Positions 1 to 8,185 of a DNA stretch of 32,000 bases are shown here, piece by piece (within the stretch, counting starts at the first letter, position 1; each line of letters begins with the position of its first letter). A program made the translations under genes and the position numbers. The DNA is from Candidatus Micrarchaeum sp. (lineage in GTDB: Archaea; Micrarchaeota; Micrarchaeia; Micrarchaeales; Micrarchaeaceae), in contig NZ_CP060530.1 in the NCBI RefSeq assembly GCF_016806735.1, positions 870,001 through 902,000 of the forward strand. Reading direction: 5' to 3'. The notes under the pieces were generated by a model. It was not told the origin of the DNA and made no database searches. It saw nothing but the letters and a program-made list of their open reading frames with translations.

Positions 1-1565
1 TATCGACATACAACAATCAATTGGAAGGGCTTCTTAATGTAAACAATGCCACAGTTGCGAGCACATATTCCACAAATACATATACTACTTCTTCAAGTGT
101 AGGCAATTACAGCGCATTGTTTTATGATAACGGAAACAACAATTACACGTCTGTATCAAAATCAGGAAGCTTCTCGATACTCCCGAAGCTTTATACTGTG
201 AACTTTACTGAAAATGCAAGCACAGGCACTACAGGCACATTATCCGTAAGCGCACCTTCAGGATATAATTTGTATCTTTGTGATGGAGGCGCAGGTAATG
301 CTGGGATAACATATAGCACAGGAACAACTGATGCTTCCGATACATATTCTTACATAGGGCACCAGACAGCTAATACATGTACAGAAACTACTACAGGGCC
401 TGATTTAACGGAAGGAATAATAGGCATAAAAGCATCACCAACCTATTCATTGGCAACAAGCACTGGAACAGCTACAGACAGCTTAACGTATAACGTAACA
501 AAAAATGACTCGTTCGTTGCGATAATGATCTCTTCGGGATATTTTGGCTTATCCTCGGCACCCGTGATACCAAGCGGATGTACGGAAAAGGCATATATTA
601 CTGGAGGGGATACCTATGAATCCGCATATATAGCGATATGCCAATCCCAAATAAAGGGTCAATATTCAATAAGTGCATCTTCTTCCTCGGGAGGTTATAT
701 AACAATTGGCGCATATGTGTTTCCGCCATATTCATTGACATTGGATGACAACCCAGCGGCTGGCACCATAACCACCGATGGGAAAACATTCTCGAATGGA
801 GAAACCACCAACGTAATAGGCACAGGAACAATAACGGCAAACCCTCCGAATAACTTCGTGTTTACTAATTGGACAATCAGCAGTGCAAATTTGAGCATTG
901 CAAATGTATATGCGCAGACAACAAACCTTACCGTAATGGGCAATGGAGCAATAACGGCAAGCTATAACGGGATAACAAAATTCGAGGAGAGCGGGCTGCC
1001 TGCGGGGACGGTTTGGAACATAACATACGATAGCATAAGGAATTCGAGTAATGGCAACATGATAAGCTTTGACACTGTGCCAGGAAGCCATGCCTTTAGC
1101 GTAGGCAATGTAATGATAAACGGATATAATTATACGCCAACTACGTATTCTGGAAGCGTAGTAGCAGGAAATACTACGTCCATAATATTTAAGCCCCCAA
1201 TATGCACCATATCGCTCAGCTCCAATTCAGTATCGTTTGGATCTTTAGGGCCTGATAGCACATATCCAGATAATGTAATGGTAACAGACTATAACAAAGG
1301 AAGCGCAGAGGCGCATGTTTTTGTATCTGGGACTAACTGGACATACGGATCTAATAATGCATTCGGATTCGGCGTATCAAATACGACATGGAGCAGTAGT
1401 GCGTTGGCAATATATGGAGGCAAGGTGTTGGAAAAGACAGCCTTCAATACTTCCATAGCAGTATTGCAGAATGGCTCAAGCCCAGTATACTTCGGGCTCA
1501 GCGTGCCGGGAGCAATACCTGCAGGGACATACACACAGAGAATAACGATAACAAACAGCTGTTAA
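1..1565 (+). CDS. Large secreted/surface adhesin-like protein, 5'-truncated by the window edge
   Basis: The reading frame is open back to position 3, so the N-terminus lies outside the window. The protein is Ser/Thr/Asn/Gly-rich with many N-x-S/T sequons. The segment GTITANPPNNFVFTNWTISS...AITASYN resembles a divergent InlB B-repeat. EESGLPAGTVWNITYD matches the GLPxGTxW beta-sandwich repeat of thermopsin-family and archaeal acidophile surface proteins. The last ~120 aa (Cys codon 1203-1205 to Cys codon 1560-1562) align with the mature part of ORF 1620-2153. Confidence 0.8.
   Translation, partial: STYNNQLEGLLNVNNATVASTYSTNTYTTSSSVGNYSALFYDNGNNNYTSVSKSGSFSILPKLYTVNFTENASTGTTGTLSVSAPSGYNLYLCDGGAGNAGITYSTGTTDASDTYSYIGHQTANTCTETTTGPDLTEGIIGIKASPTYSLATSTGTATDSLTYNVTKNDSFVAIMISSGYFGLSSAPVIPSGCTEKAYITGGDTYESAYIAICQSQIKGQYSISASSSSGGYITIGAYVFPPYSLTLDDNPAAGTITTDGKTFSNGETTNVIGTGTITANPPNNFVFTNWTISSANLSIANVYAQTTNLTVMGNGAITASYNGITKFEESGLPAGTVWNITYDSIRNSSNGNMISFDTVPGSHAFSVGNVMINGYNYTPTTYSGSVVAGNTTSIIFKPPICTISLSSNSVSFGSLGPDSTYPDNVMVTDYNKGSAEAHVFVSGTNWTYGSNNAFGFGVSNTTWSSSALAIYGGKVLEKTAFNTSIAVLQNGSSPVYFGLSVPGAIPAGTYTQRITITNSC
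1488..1565 (+). repeat. 78-nt near-identical repeat, copy A (3' end of the adhesin-like ORF)
   Basis: It differs from 2076-2153 at only three synonymous third positions plus the stop codon (TAA versus TGA). Sequence upstream of it is far more diverged. Confidence 0.9.
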
Positions 1566-1619
1566 GAGTAGGCAGGTTTTTAAGCTTTATTAATAAAAGA
1601 ATATTCGGAAGGTGATTTA

Positions 1620-2153
1620 TTGGATATATTAAAGAGAAATTTAAAGGCATCGCTCGCGATTCTAGCAAGCTTACTAATTATGAGCGGCACCATAGCATTG
1701 GCATTGGGAAACGTGGCTTTTGCAAGCTCATCGAATACAGTTACAGCAAATGTTGCTGTCGAAGGGGTGTGCTACATAAGCCTAAGCCCTAATGCGATAT
1801 CGTTTGGTAGCTTATACCCTACGGCAACGCATGCTGACAATGTTTTGGTAACTGATAGCGACCCGTACGGAAATGTGGCGGCCAATGTATTAGTATCAGG
1901 TACTGATTGGGCAAGTTCAACTTACAACTTTGGTGTATCTAATACCACATGGAGCGCTACATCGTCAAACACGTTCTTAACTACAACTCAGCTTACAAAT
2001 TCGCCTGTGCCTACGGGCATATCCATACCTGCGCCCTCACCAACAGTCTCGAATGGGATCACATCAAACTCAATATACTTCGGGCTCAGCGTGCCTGGAG
2101 CAATACCAGCAGGGACATACACACAGAGAATAACGATAACAAACAGCTGCTGA
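1620..2153 (+). CDS. Small secreted protein, a stand-alone copy of the Cys-bracketed module of the upstream ORF (pilin-like candidate)
   Basis: TTG start is 4 nt after GGTGA (1611-1615). There is a Sec-type signal peptide (KRNLK, hydrophobic core, AFA|SSS). The mature part begins with the alternating strand-like SSSNTVTANVAVEG, followed by Cys (1770-1772) and ending in Cys (2148-2150). Shared motifs with ORF1 are ISLSxNxxSFGSL, VLVSGTxW, FGVSNTTWS, and an identical last 25 aa, YFGLSVPGAIPAGTYTQRITITNSC. Confidence 0.8.
   Translation: MDILKRNLKASLAILASLLIMSGTIALALGNVAFASSSNTVTANVAVEGVCYISLSPNAISFGSLYPTATHADNVLVTDSDPYGNVAANVLVSGTDWASSTYNFGVSNTTWSATSSNTFLTTTQLTNSPVPTGISIPAPSPTVSNGITSNSIYFGLSVPGAIPAGTYTQRITITNSC
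2076..2153 (+). repeat. 78-nt near-identical repeat, copy B (3' end of the small secreted ORF)
   Basis: See copy A. Both copies encode YFGLSVPGAIPAGTYTQRITITNSC. Confidence 0.9.
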
Positions 2154-2168
2154 TAAGGAGTGTGCCAA

Positions 2169-2888
2169 ATGCGTTTTAATTACATTGCGGTTGCAGCGCT
2201 TTTGGTACTTTTCTCTTTTTCTTTATTATTTAACGTTTCCAGCGCACAGCTCGGCGAAGTAGCAGGAGAGCCTACATTTTATGTTAACATAAGCGGCACA
2301 TACCATTATAATTACACGTTCATAAACGAAGGATCTACTCCGATACCTTTCAAAACCATTATGACAAGCTTCAGGACAAGCGCAAAGAATTCTACGCCTC
2401 CAGTAGTTACTGCTGACCCGTCTTACGGCACCATACCTCCAAATTCGCAGATACATATTGAAGTGTCAGTATACCTCCCTTCAAAGAACAACACCTCAGG
2501 GATGCAGTGGCAGGGCGTATTCGAGGTGGTGGATAATTCTACATCGAATAAGGTAGGAGGAGCGGTAATAAATGAAGGGGTTGCCAAGATAATAACAGTA
2601 GTGGCAAAGCCTCCGAAGCCTAATTATACAGTTTATATTTTGTCTGCGATAATAGCAATAGCCATAGTTGCCGCTGCAGGCAGTGCAGTTTATTTCAAGG
2701 GCAGAGGAAAGGCGAGGGCTAGGGTGATTAGGGAGGCCGAAGTGGCAAAGAGCAGGGCAGCAGGCTCGAAGAAAGGGAAGGCAACGCAAAGAAGTGCTTC
2801 AAAGAGCAAGAGCAAAAGAAGCACTGGAAAGAAGAAGCCAACACGCAAGAAAAGCACAGGAAAGAAAAATGTTAGAAAGCGCAGATAA
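2169..2888 (+). CDS. Membrane-anchored Ig-like/beta-sandwich ectodomain protein with a polybasic cytoplasmic tail
   Basis: AAGGAG (2154-2159) precedes ATG 2169; the track ORF starts at GTG 2160. There is an N-terminal signal peptide or TM (IAVAALLVLFSFSLLFNVSSA). A beta-rich ectodomain of about 150 aa follows (FINEGSTPIPF, IPPNSQIHIEVSVYLP). A TM helix (YILSAIIAIAIVAAAGSAVYF) is followed by a 63-aa tail with about 28 Lys/Arg. Confidence 0.75.
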   Translation: MRFNYIAVAALLVLFSFSLLFNVSSAQLGEVAGEPTFYVNISGTYHYNYTFINEGSTPIPFKTIMTSFRTSAKNSTPPVVTADPSYGTIPPNSQIHIEVSVYLPSKNNTSGMQWQGVFEVVDNSTSNKVGGAVINEGVAKIITVVAKPPKPNYTVYILSAIIAIAIVAAAGSAVYFKGRGKARARVIREAEVAKSRAAGSKKGKATQRSASKSKSKRSTGKKKPTRKKSTGKKNVRKRR

Positions 2889-2921
2889 GCATTTTTATAC
2901 CAGATATGCTAATTATATATC

Positions 2922-4778
2922 ATGGACTATCTTTTCAGGTTTGACAAGCCTAGGCCGAATCAGGGCGCCATGGTTAATGACATATATAAAGCGCTCACCG
3001 ATAGGCATGATATATTCATAAATGCTCCTACGGGATTGGGCAAGACGGATGCCTCGCTCGGAGCCGCATTGACATTCGCGCTCAAAAAGGATTTGGACGT
3101 ATTCTTTTTGACCCCAAAGATATCGCAGCACAGGATAGCAATGGAGGCAGTATTGGGGATAAAGAGGAAGTTTGGGCTCGACTTCAGCTTCGCCGACATA
3201 GTAGGAAAGCGCAACATATGCATAAACGACAAGGTAAACGCCATAGAAAGCGACGCTTTTTACGGCTCGTGCGAAAGCCTGGTCAAGGCAGGAAAATGCA
3301 CATATTTCTCGCGATCGAAGAATTTTAGCACAGACGATAAAGGGCTTGCAGATGCCATGGAGAACGGGCACAATGCGCTTCTAGACTATTCCTATGGGAA
3401 AGGAGTATGCGCTTATGAGATAGCAGCCAAGTACGCGAAGAACTGCAGGGTCATAATAGCAGGGTATTCGCATTTATTGAATCCTTACAACAGCGGCGCT
3501 TTCCTGAAGAAGATAGGGCACAGCATAGACAATGCGATTATAATATGGGACGAGGCGCACAACCTCATAAACATAGCGAATTCATATTTAAGCACTTCGA
3601 TATCAGAGCTTGGAATAGATGCGGCCGAAAGGGAATTGAAGGCGATAAACAACAGCATAGATCTTGATTACCTGAAGTTCGCAATGAAGAAGCTCGCCGC
3701 AAAGAAGCTTTCAAAAGGGATGAGCGAGGCCTTGGTTGACAAATCGGACATGTCTGAATTCATGGAAAGCGAGTATGAAAAATTGATAGATGATCTTGAG
3801 AAGGCGGGTCTTGAGTACATACAGGCAAAAAACGCCAAGCGCTCTTCCATACTGCATATAGCAAGGTTCCTAAGGGGATTCCTTGATGCGGATGAATCCG
3901 CCGCGAGGATAATAAAGGCGAGGAACGGGCTCGCAAGGCTCAACGTTAGCTGCTTATACCCCGATAGGGCACTGCCGATATTGCAGGAGGCCTATGCAAA
4001 TGTATTCATGAGCGCCACGATGGAGCCCATGAGGATGTATTCTGATATGTTCAAGGTGGCAAACTCTGAGATGAGAAGCTATGCGTCCCCATTCCCAAAG
4101 CACAATAAGGCCGCATTCATAGATAATGAGTTTACGACAAAATTCTCACAAAGGTCCAACGAGCAGTATATGAAGATGGCAAAAAGGATAGAGGAGATAA
4201 AGGACAGCGTGCCTGGGAGCGTAGCCGTATTCTTCCCGAGCTTTTCCGTGCTCGAGGGCATATCAAGGCACGTGAATGTTGCGAAAAAATATGTGCAGAG
4301 AAGGGAGATGCAAAGCCAGGCTACAGACGCATTGATGAAGCGCTTTACAGAGGACGACGGCTCGATGCTAATGGCAGTCATGGGCGGCAGCTTCAGCGAG
4401 GGCATAGATTACAAAAACAACTCGATAAAGGGCATAATCATAGTGGGCATACCGCTAACTGCGCCTGACCTTGAATTGAAGCTGAGGATTGCATATCTCG
4501 ACAAGCGCTTTGAAGGCAGGGGAATGGATTACGCTTACATAATACCTGCGATAGTGCGCTCGGTCCAGGCGGCAGGAAGGGCGGTAAGGAGCGAGAGGGA
4601 CAGGGCTGTGCTCGTCTTTATGGATAAAAGGTATTCGTGGCGCATGTATATGGCTGCCATATCCAACAGCATAGAGATCTCGGACTCTAAGGATTACATG
4701 AAATCAATAAGGTTCTTCTGGGACTTAAATGATGTAGTAGATAAGGTAGTAAAGGCCAAGCCCGATAAGAACTCCTAA
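2922..4778 (+). CDS. xpd: XPD/Rad3-family (DinG-like) ATP-dependent DNA helicase
   Basis: Contains Walker A APTGLGKT and DEAH box WDEAHNL. Four Cys between motifs I and II (NICIN, GSCES, GKCTY, GVCAY) are consistent with the FeS domain. Motif VI-like VQAAGRAVRS is present. A TATA-like AATTATATAT lies just upstream of the ATG. Confidence 0.9.
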   Translation: MDYLFRFDKPRPNQGAMVNDIYKALTDRHDIFINAPTGLGKTDASLGAALTFALKKDLDVFFLTPKISQHRIAMEAVLGIKRKFGLDFSFADIVGKRNICINDKVNAIESDAFYGSCESLVKAGKCTYFSRSKNFSTDDKGLADAMENGHNALLDYSYGKGVCAYEIAAKYAKNCRVIIAGYSHLLNPYNSGAFLKKIGHSIDNAIIIWDEAHNLINIANSYLSTSISELGIDAAERELKAINNSIDLDYLKFAMKKLAAKKLSKGMSEALVDKSDMSEFMESEYEKLIDDLEKAGLEYIQAKNAKRSSILHIARFLRGFLDADESAARIIKARNGLARLNVSCLYPDRALPILQEAYANVFMSATMEPMRMYSDMFKVANSEMRSYASPFPKHNKAAFIDNEFTTKFSQRSNEQYMKMAKRIEEIKDSVPGSVAVFFPSFSVLEGISRHVNVAKKYVQRREMQSQATDALMKRFTEDDGSMLMAVMGGSFSEGIDYKNNSIKGIIIVGIPLTAPDLELKLRIAYLDKRFEGRGMDYAYIIPAIVRSVQAAGRAVRSERDRAVLVFMDKRYSWRMYMAAISNSIEISDSKDYMKSIRFFWDLNDVVDKVVKAKPDKNS

Positions 4779-5696
4779 GAACAACGGAGGTATTGCAGGG
4801 AGGGCCCTCTTGAATTTTCTAAGTATGAACATTGTTATCATAAGCCCCAGTATTGCTCCGAACACTATGAAGAAGCTCGGGACAAAGCTCAATGTAAGCT
4901 TGTATGCCGCCACAGCGACCATGAGCGGTATGGCAAGATCCCCTGTGCCCAATGCCACGTTGGCGGATACCGGCACCATACCGTTTGTATTGGATCTCTT
5001 CATTATCGAGAGTATCCTTTTGCCTCTTGAGCCAGATTCCTTGAGCTCCTTGTTGTATTCCCTCAACTCCTTTTTGCTGAAGCTCGATTTCGGAAGCCCT
5101 TCCACCTCGTTCATGTCCACCATGAAGGCCAGATTGTTCTCGGTAACCACATTGGCCAGCGTTATCATGTGCTTGGTTATGAACACGGCAACGAAGTCGT
5201 ATATGGCAAGCAGGCCCATGAAGATAAGCGCTACGAAGAAGCTGAAGCCGAACCCCAGCACCACGCCCACTCCGATACTTGCCAATATTGCAGCTACGTT
5301 CTTGAGATTCGTCCATTTGTTCTTTGCGACTACAAGAGCTATGGCTATGATCACAGCTCCTGCTGTCGATATATTTGAGCTTTGCGTAATATACGCGAGG
5401 ATTATGAAGAATACGTAGAATGATGCTATGAATATTATCACGGCCTCTATTATCCTAAACAGCTTAGCCCCGTGATAGAACTTGAATACTATGATCATGG
5501 CGATTGCTATGACGATTATGTAGCCTATAAGCAGGAATGCGCTTGTCGGGCTGTTTGCGACCTGTGCGCTTGCGACCTCGGAATAGGTTGCACCGTTAAA
5601 ATACAACGTGGATATCATGAGCCCTCCGAATTGGACAATCATGAACATTGCTAATATCCCAAGCAGTTGCCTGTTCTCTATAAGCCTTTTTTCCAA
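4725..5696 (-). CDS. Presenilin/signal-peptide-peptidase homolog (A22 intramembrane aspartyl protease)
   Basis: Polytopic membrane protein with the YD motif (LLAIYDFVAVF), the GxGD motif (ALGTGDLAIPL) and a PAL-like ALPAIP near the C-terminus. TTG start is preceded by AGGTG (reverse complement of 5702-5706) and lies 13 nt after the mcm stop. Confidence 0.85.
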   Translation of the reverse strand: MEKRLIENRQLLGILAMFMIVQFGGLMISTLYFNGATYSEVASAQVANSPTSAFLLIGYIIVIAIAMIIVFKFYHGAKLFRIIEAVIIFIASFYVFFIILAYITQSSNISTAGAVIIAIALVVAKNKWTNLKNVAAILASIGVGVVLGFGFSFFVALIFMGLLAIYDFVAVFITKHMITLANVVTENNLAFMVDMNEVEGLPKSSFSKKELREYNKELKESGSRGKRILSIMKRSNTNGMVPVSANVALGTGDLAIPLMVAVAAYKLTLSFVPSFFIVFGAILGLMITMFILRKFKRALPAIPPLFLGVLIGLGLYYLIYYII

Positions 5697-5709
5697 ATAT
5701 ACACCTTAG

Positions 5710-7782
5710 TCAATCCGCCTCGTGATGGACAAGCTTTATTATCCCCTGCCTTGGCCTGTATATGTCGCCAGAGCGCTCAAGCTCCGATAGATATTTGCTT
5801 GCGGTTGTGGAGTCTATGCCTGCGGCTTCGGCATCCTCTATCACTTTTTGTATCTTTATGTTGCTGTCCGACTCCTCAAGCTTCTTTATTATGTTAAGTA
5901 TTGAATTCATGCGGTCTACCTTCTCCCTCGGCATTCCGGTCAATATCGTATCTATGTCTATGCGGCCTCCCGTATCCAATGCCAATGACTTAAGCATGAA
6001 CCTGCTAAGCTCTATTGCAGTCTCAGAATCGGATAATTCAACCACGTCAGAAAGCCTTGACTTCGCGCTCGCCTCGCTCATCCTCACCAATCCCTCTATC
6101 TGCCTCGGGGTTATGGGAACGGCGCCCTGCCTTTGGCCAGTCTTTCTCAAGTCGACATAATATTTCTGTAAATATTCGCTGGCCTCCTGGCTCAGCCTTG
6201 GCGATACGTTCTTGCGTGCATATGCAATGTATTTCCTTAACAAATCCGAGTCTATAGGAGGCTCTTCGACTTGCTCAAACCCTTTTATGTCAGCAAGCCT
6301 TGCGCCTGCCGCCTCATGCTGCATAAGTATGTGCTTTGCTATGTTCCTATCCGTGTCCTCGTCCATCACGTCGGTTATTGGGAATATGAGGTCGAACCTT
6401 GACAATAGCGTAGGAGGTATGTCGAACTGCTCAGCGGGATACTGGTGGGGATCGAACCTTCCGAATTTCGGGTTCGCAGCAGCAAGCACAGCAGCCCTTG
6501 CACTGAATGTGGCTATTATACCCGCTTTGGCTACGCTTATGGTCTGCGATTCCAAGGCCTCGTGAAGCGCGGCCCTGTCGTCCTGGCTTATCTTGTCGAA
6601 TTCGTCTATGCACACTATGCCGCCACTGCCCAGGACCATGGCTCCTGCCTTCAATGTCCAGCCGCCCTCGGAGAAATCGTCGCGCTCTGCAACTGCGGTC
6701 AATCCTCCTCCTGTAACCGATTTTCCGCTGACATATATTCCCTTAGGTACAAGCTCTGAAATCGCTTGCAGGATCCTTGTCTTTGCGCTTCCCGGATCGC
6801 CTATGAGCAATATGTGCATGTCGCTCCTTATCGCGCTTCCGTCTACCATTGTCTTTCCGGTGGTGCCGCCGAACAATTGTAGCGCCACGGCCTTCTTGAT
6901 CTCGTTATGGCCGTATATTGAAGACGCTATGGATTTTGCGATCTTTTCGAATATCTGCGGATCCTTTGAAAGCTCTTTTATCTCGCGCTCTTCCTCTTCC
7001 GTTATGGAAAGCTCCGCGAACTCCTTCTGCTTTGATATTACGGATACGGAATCTACGAACATGGTGTATAGGTTGGTTTCCGCTTTTCCTCTCTGGTTCC
7101 TGCGCGGCCTTATCCTCAATACGCCAGTGAGGTCTATCCTGTCTCCAGGTATTACGGTATTCACCATGTCGTCCTGAAGCCATACCTCAAGCTGCCATGT
7201 CGGGGTATTGCCCTTAAGCTTTTCCAATGGATCCTGTATTGCTATCTTCTGCAGATTTATAAGCTGCGACTCCTCAGGTATTTGCTTCATGGATTTGCGC
7301 TTGCACTCCTTGCATATCTCAGGGGCAGCACCCATGTCCAGCTCTACGGTTTGCTTTGCTCCGCAGAATGTACATTCGTAAACGCCAATCTTTACCTTTG
7401 GGCTTATCTCCGACCTCTTAACTATTAGGCCGTCCAATGCTATGAGCTTCGAAACATAGGAAGAGCCAACATCCTGCACCAACGGATTGTTTATCGTTAG
7501 CCCATAGAACCTTACGTGCGGCTCGTATATTCCCAGCTGCAGGTCCAAAAGCTTATATTTCAGGGATTCGTTGGCCGCCTTGATTATAACGTCAGGGTTA
7601 TTTGCGAGCTCGCTTGCCAGGTCGGGATCAAACTTTGCCAAATCAGCTATGTCAACATTAAGGCTGCGCTTGTCAGGGAACCCCACTATTATGTCATCTA
7701 TGCCTTCTCTGTAGTATAACTCCAGGAAGTCGTCGAATCTTGATTTTATAGCGGCAATTACAGCATCGTCCAAGCAAAGCAC
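5710..7782 (-). CDS. mcm: Minichromosome maintenance (MCM) replicative helicase
   Basis: Has a C4 zinc motif (CTFCG...CKEC), Walker A GDPGSAKT, Walker B CIDEFDK, arginine finger SRFDLIF and a C-terminal winged-helix-like tail. It starts at GTG (7782), or possibly at a TTG nine nt downstream. Confidence 0.95.
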   Translation of the reverse strand: MLCLDDAVIAAIKSRFDDFLELYYREGIDDIIVGFPDKRSLNVDIADLAKFDPDLASELANNPDVIIKAANESLKYKLLDLQLGIYEPHVRFYGLTINNPLVQDVGSSYVSKLIALDGLIVKRSEISPKVKIGVYECTFCGAKQTVELDMGAAPEICKECKRKSMKQIPEESQLINLQKIAIQDPLEKLKGNTPTWQLEVWLQDDMVNTVIPGDRIDLTGVLRIRPRRNQRGKAETNLYTMFVDSVSVISKQKEFAELSITEEEEREIKELSKDPQIFEKIAKSIASSIYGHNEIKKAVALQLFGGTTGKTMVDGSAIRSDMHILLIGDPGSAKTRILQAISELVPKGIYVSGKSVTGGGLTAVAERDDFSEGGWTLKAGAMVLGSGGIVCIDEFDKISQDDRAALHEALESQTISVAKAGIIATFSARAAVLAAANPKFGRFDPHQYPAEQFDIPPTLLSRFDLIFPITDVMDEDTDRNIAKHILMQHEAAGARLADIKGFEQVEEPPIDSDLLRKYIAYARKNVSPRLSQEASEYLQKYYVDLRKTGQRQGAVPITPRQIEGLVRMSEASAKSRLSDVVELSDSETAIELSRFMLKSLALDTGGRIDIDTILTGMPREKVDRMNSILNIIKKLEESDSNIKIQKVIEDAEAAGIDSTTASKYLSELERSGDIYRPRQGIIKLVHHEAD

Positions 7783-7820
7783 CGAGCTTATTAGAAACAG
7801 CCCAAGATTGATTATTGTTT

Positions 7821-7834
7821 AAATTATTTATAAT
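7821..7834 (-). promoter_or_regulatory. TATA-like element upstream of mcm
   Basis: The minus strand reads ATTATAAATAATTT, about 40-50 nt upstream of the GTG at 7782. Confidence 0.35.
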
Positions 7835-7869
7835 CTTCCATATGCGCCAAAGCATAGGGCATTGGAAAT

Positions 7870-8185
7870 CTACGCTTGGAAATGTATGGGGCTTTTTGCC
7901 TTTTTGCCATGCGATGGTTGCATATTCAGGGCAATCCTCGGCTTTGCTATCCTCTTGACGATACGGCTGCCGGCAATGCGCGCGTATTCGTTGAGCTTTT
8001 TAGCATCTGACATCCCGAGCAGTTTTCTCAATGTCGCGTCGTCGATATGCGCATTGTAATACAAAAGGCCTATCAGTGTCTTTTCCCTGCACTACCACAG
8101 GCACTAAAATACCGCTGAACTTCACGTATTCGATTCCGAAGAACATGCGCTTGCCCACCCTTCTCATAATAGCATCTACACCCAT
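7870..8185 (-). pseudogene. Small conserved-looking gene (~104 codons) interrupted by a +1 frame change; function unknown
   Basis: ATG at 8185 is preceded by AAGGAGGATA (a strong SD). Frame A (8185-8000) and frame B (8064-7870) overlap. Removing one T from the CCTTTTG run near 8069-8075 joins them into MGVDAIMRRVGKRMFFGIEYVKFSGILVPVVVQGKDTDRPLYYNAHIDDATLRKLLGMSDAKKLNEYARIAGSRIVKRIAKP... Confidence 0.5.

Noticed and set aside
2625-2888. The C-terminal TM plus basic tail of gene 3, considered as an archaeosortase (PGF-CTERM-like) sorting signal.
   Set aside because: There is no PGF/PEF-type tripeptide before the helix, and the basic tail is 63 aa, far longer than sorting-signal tails.
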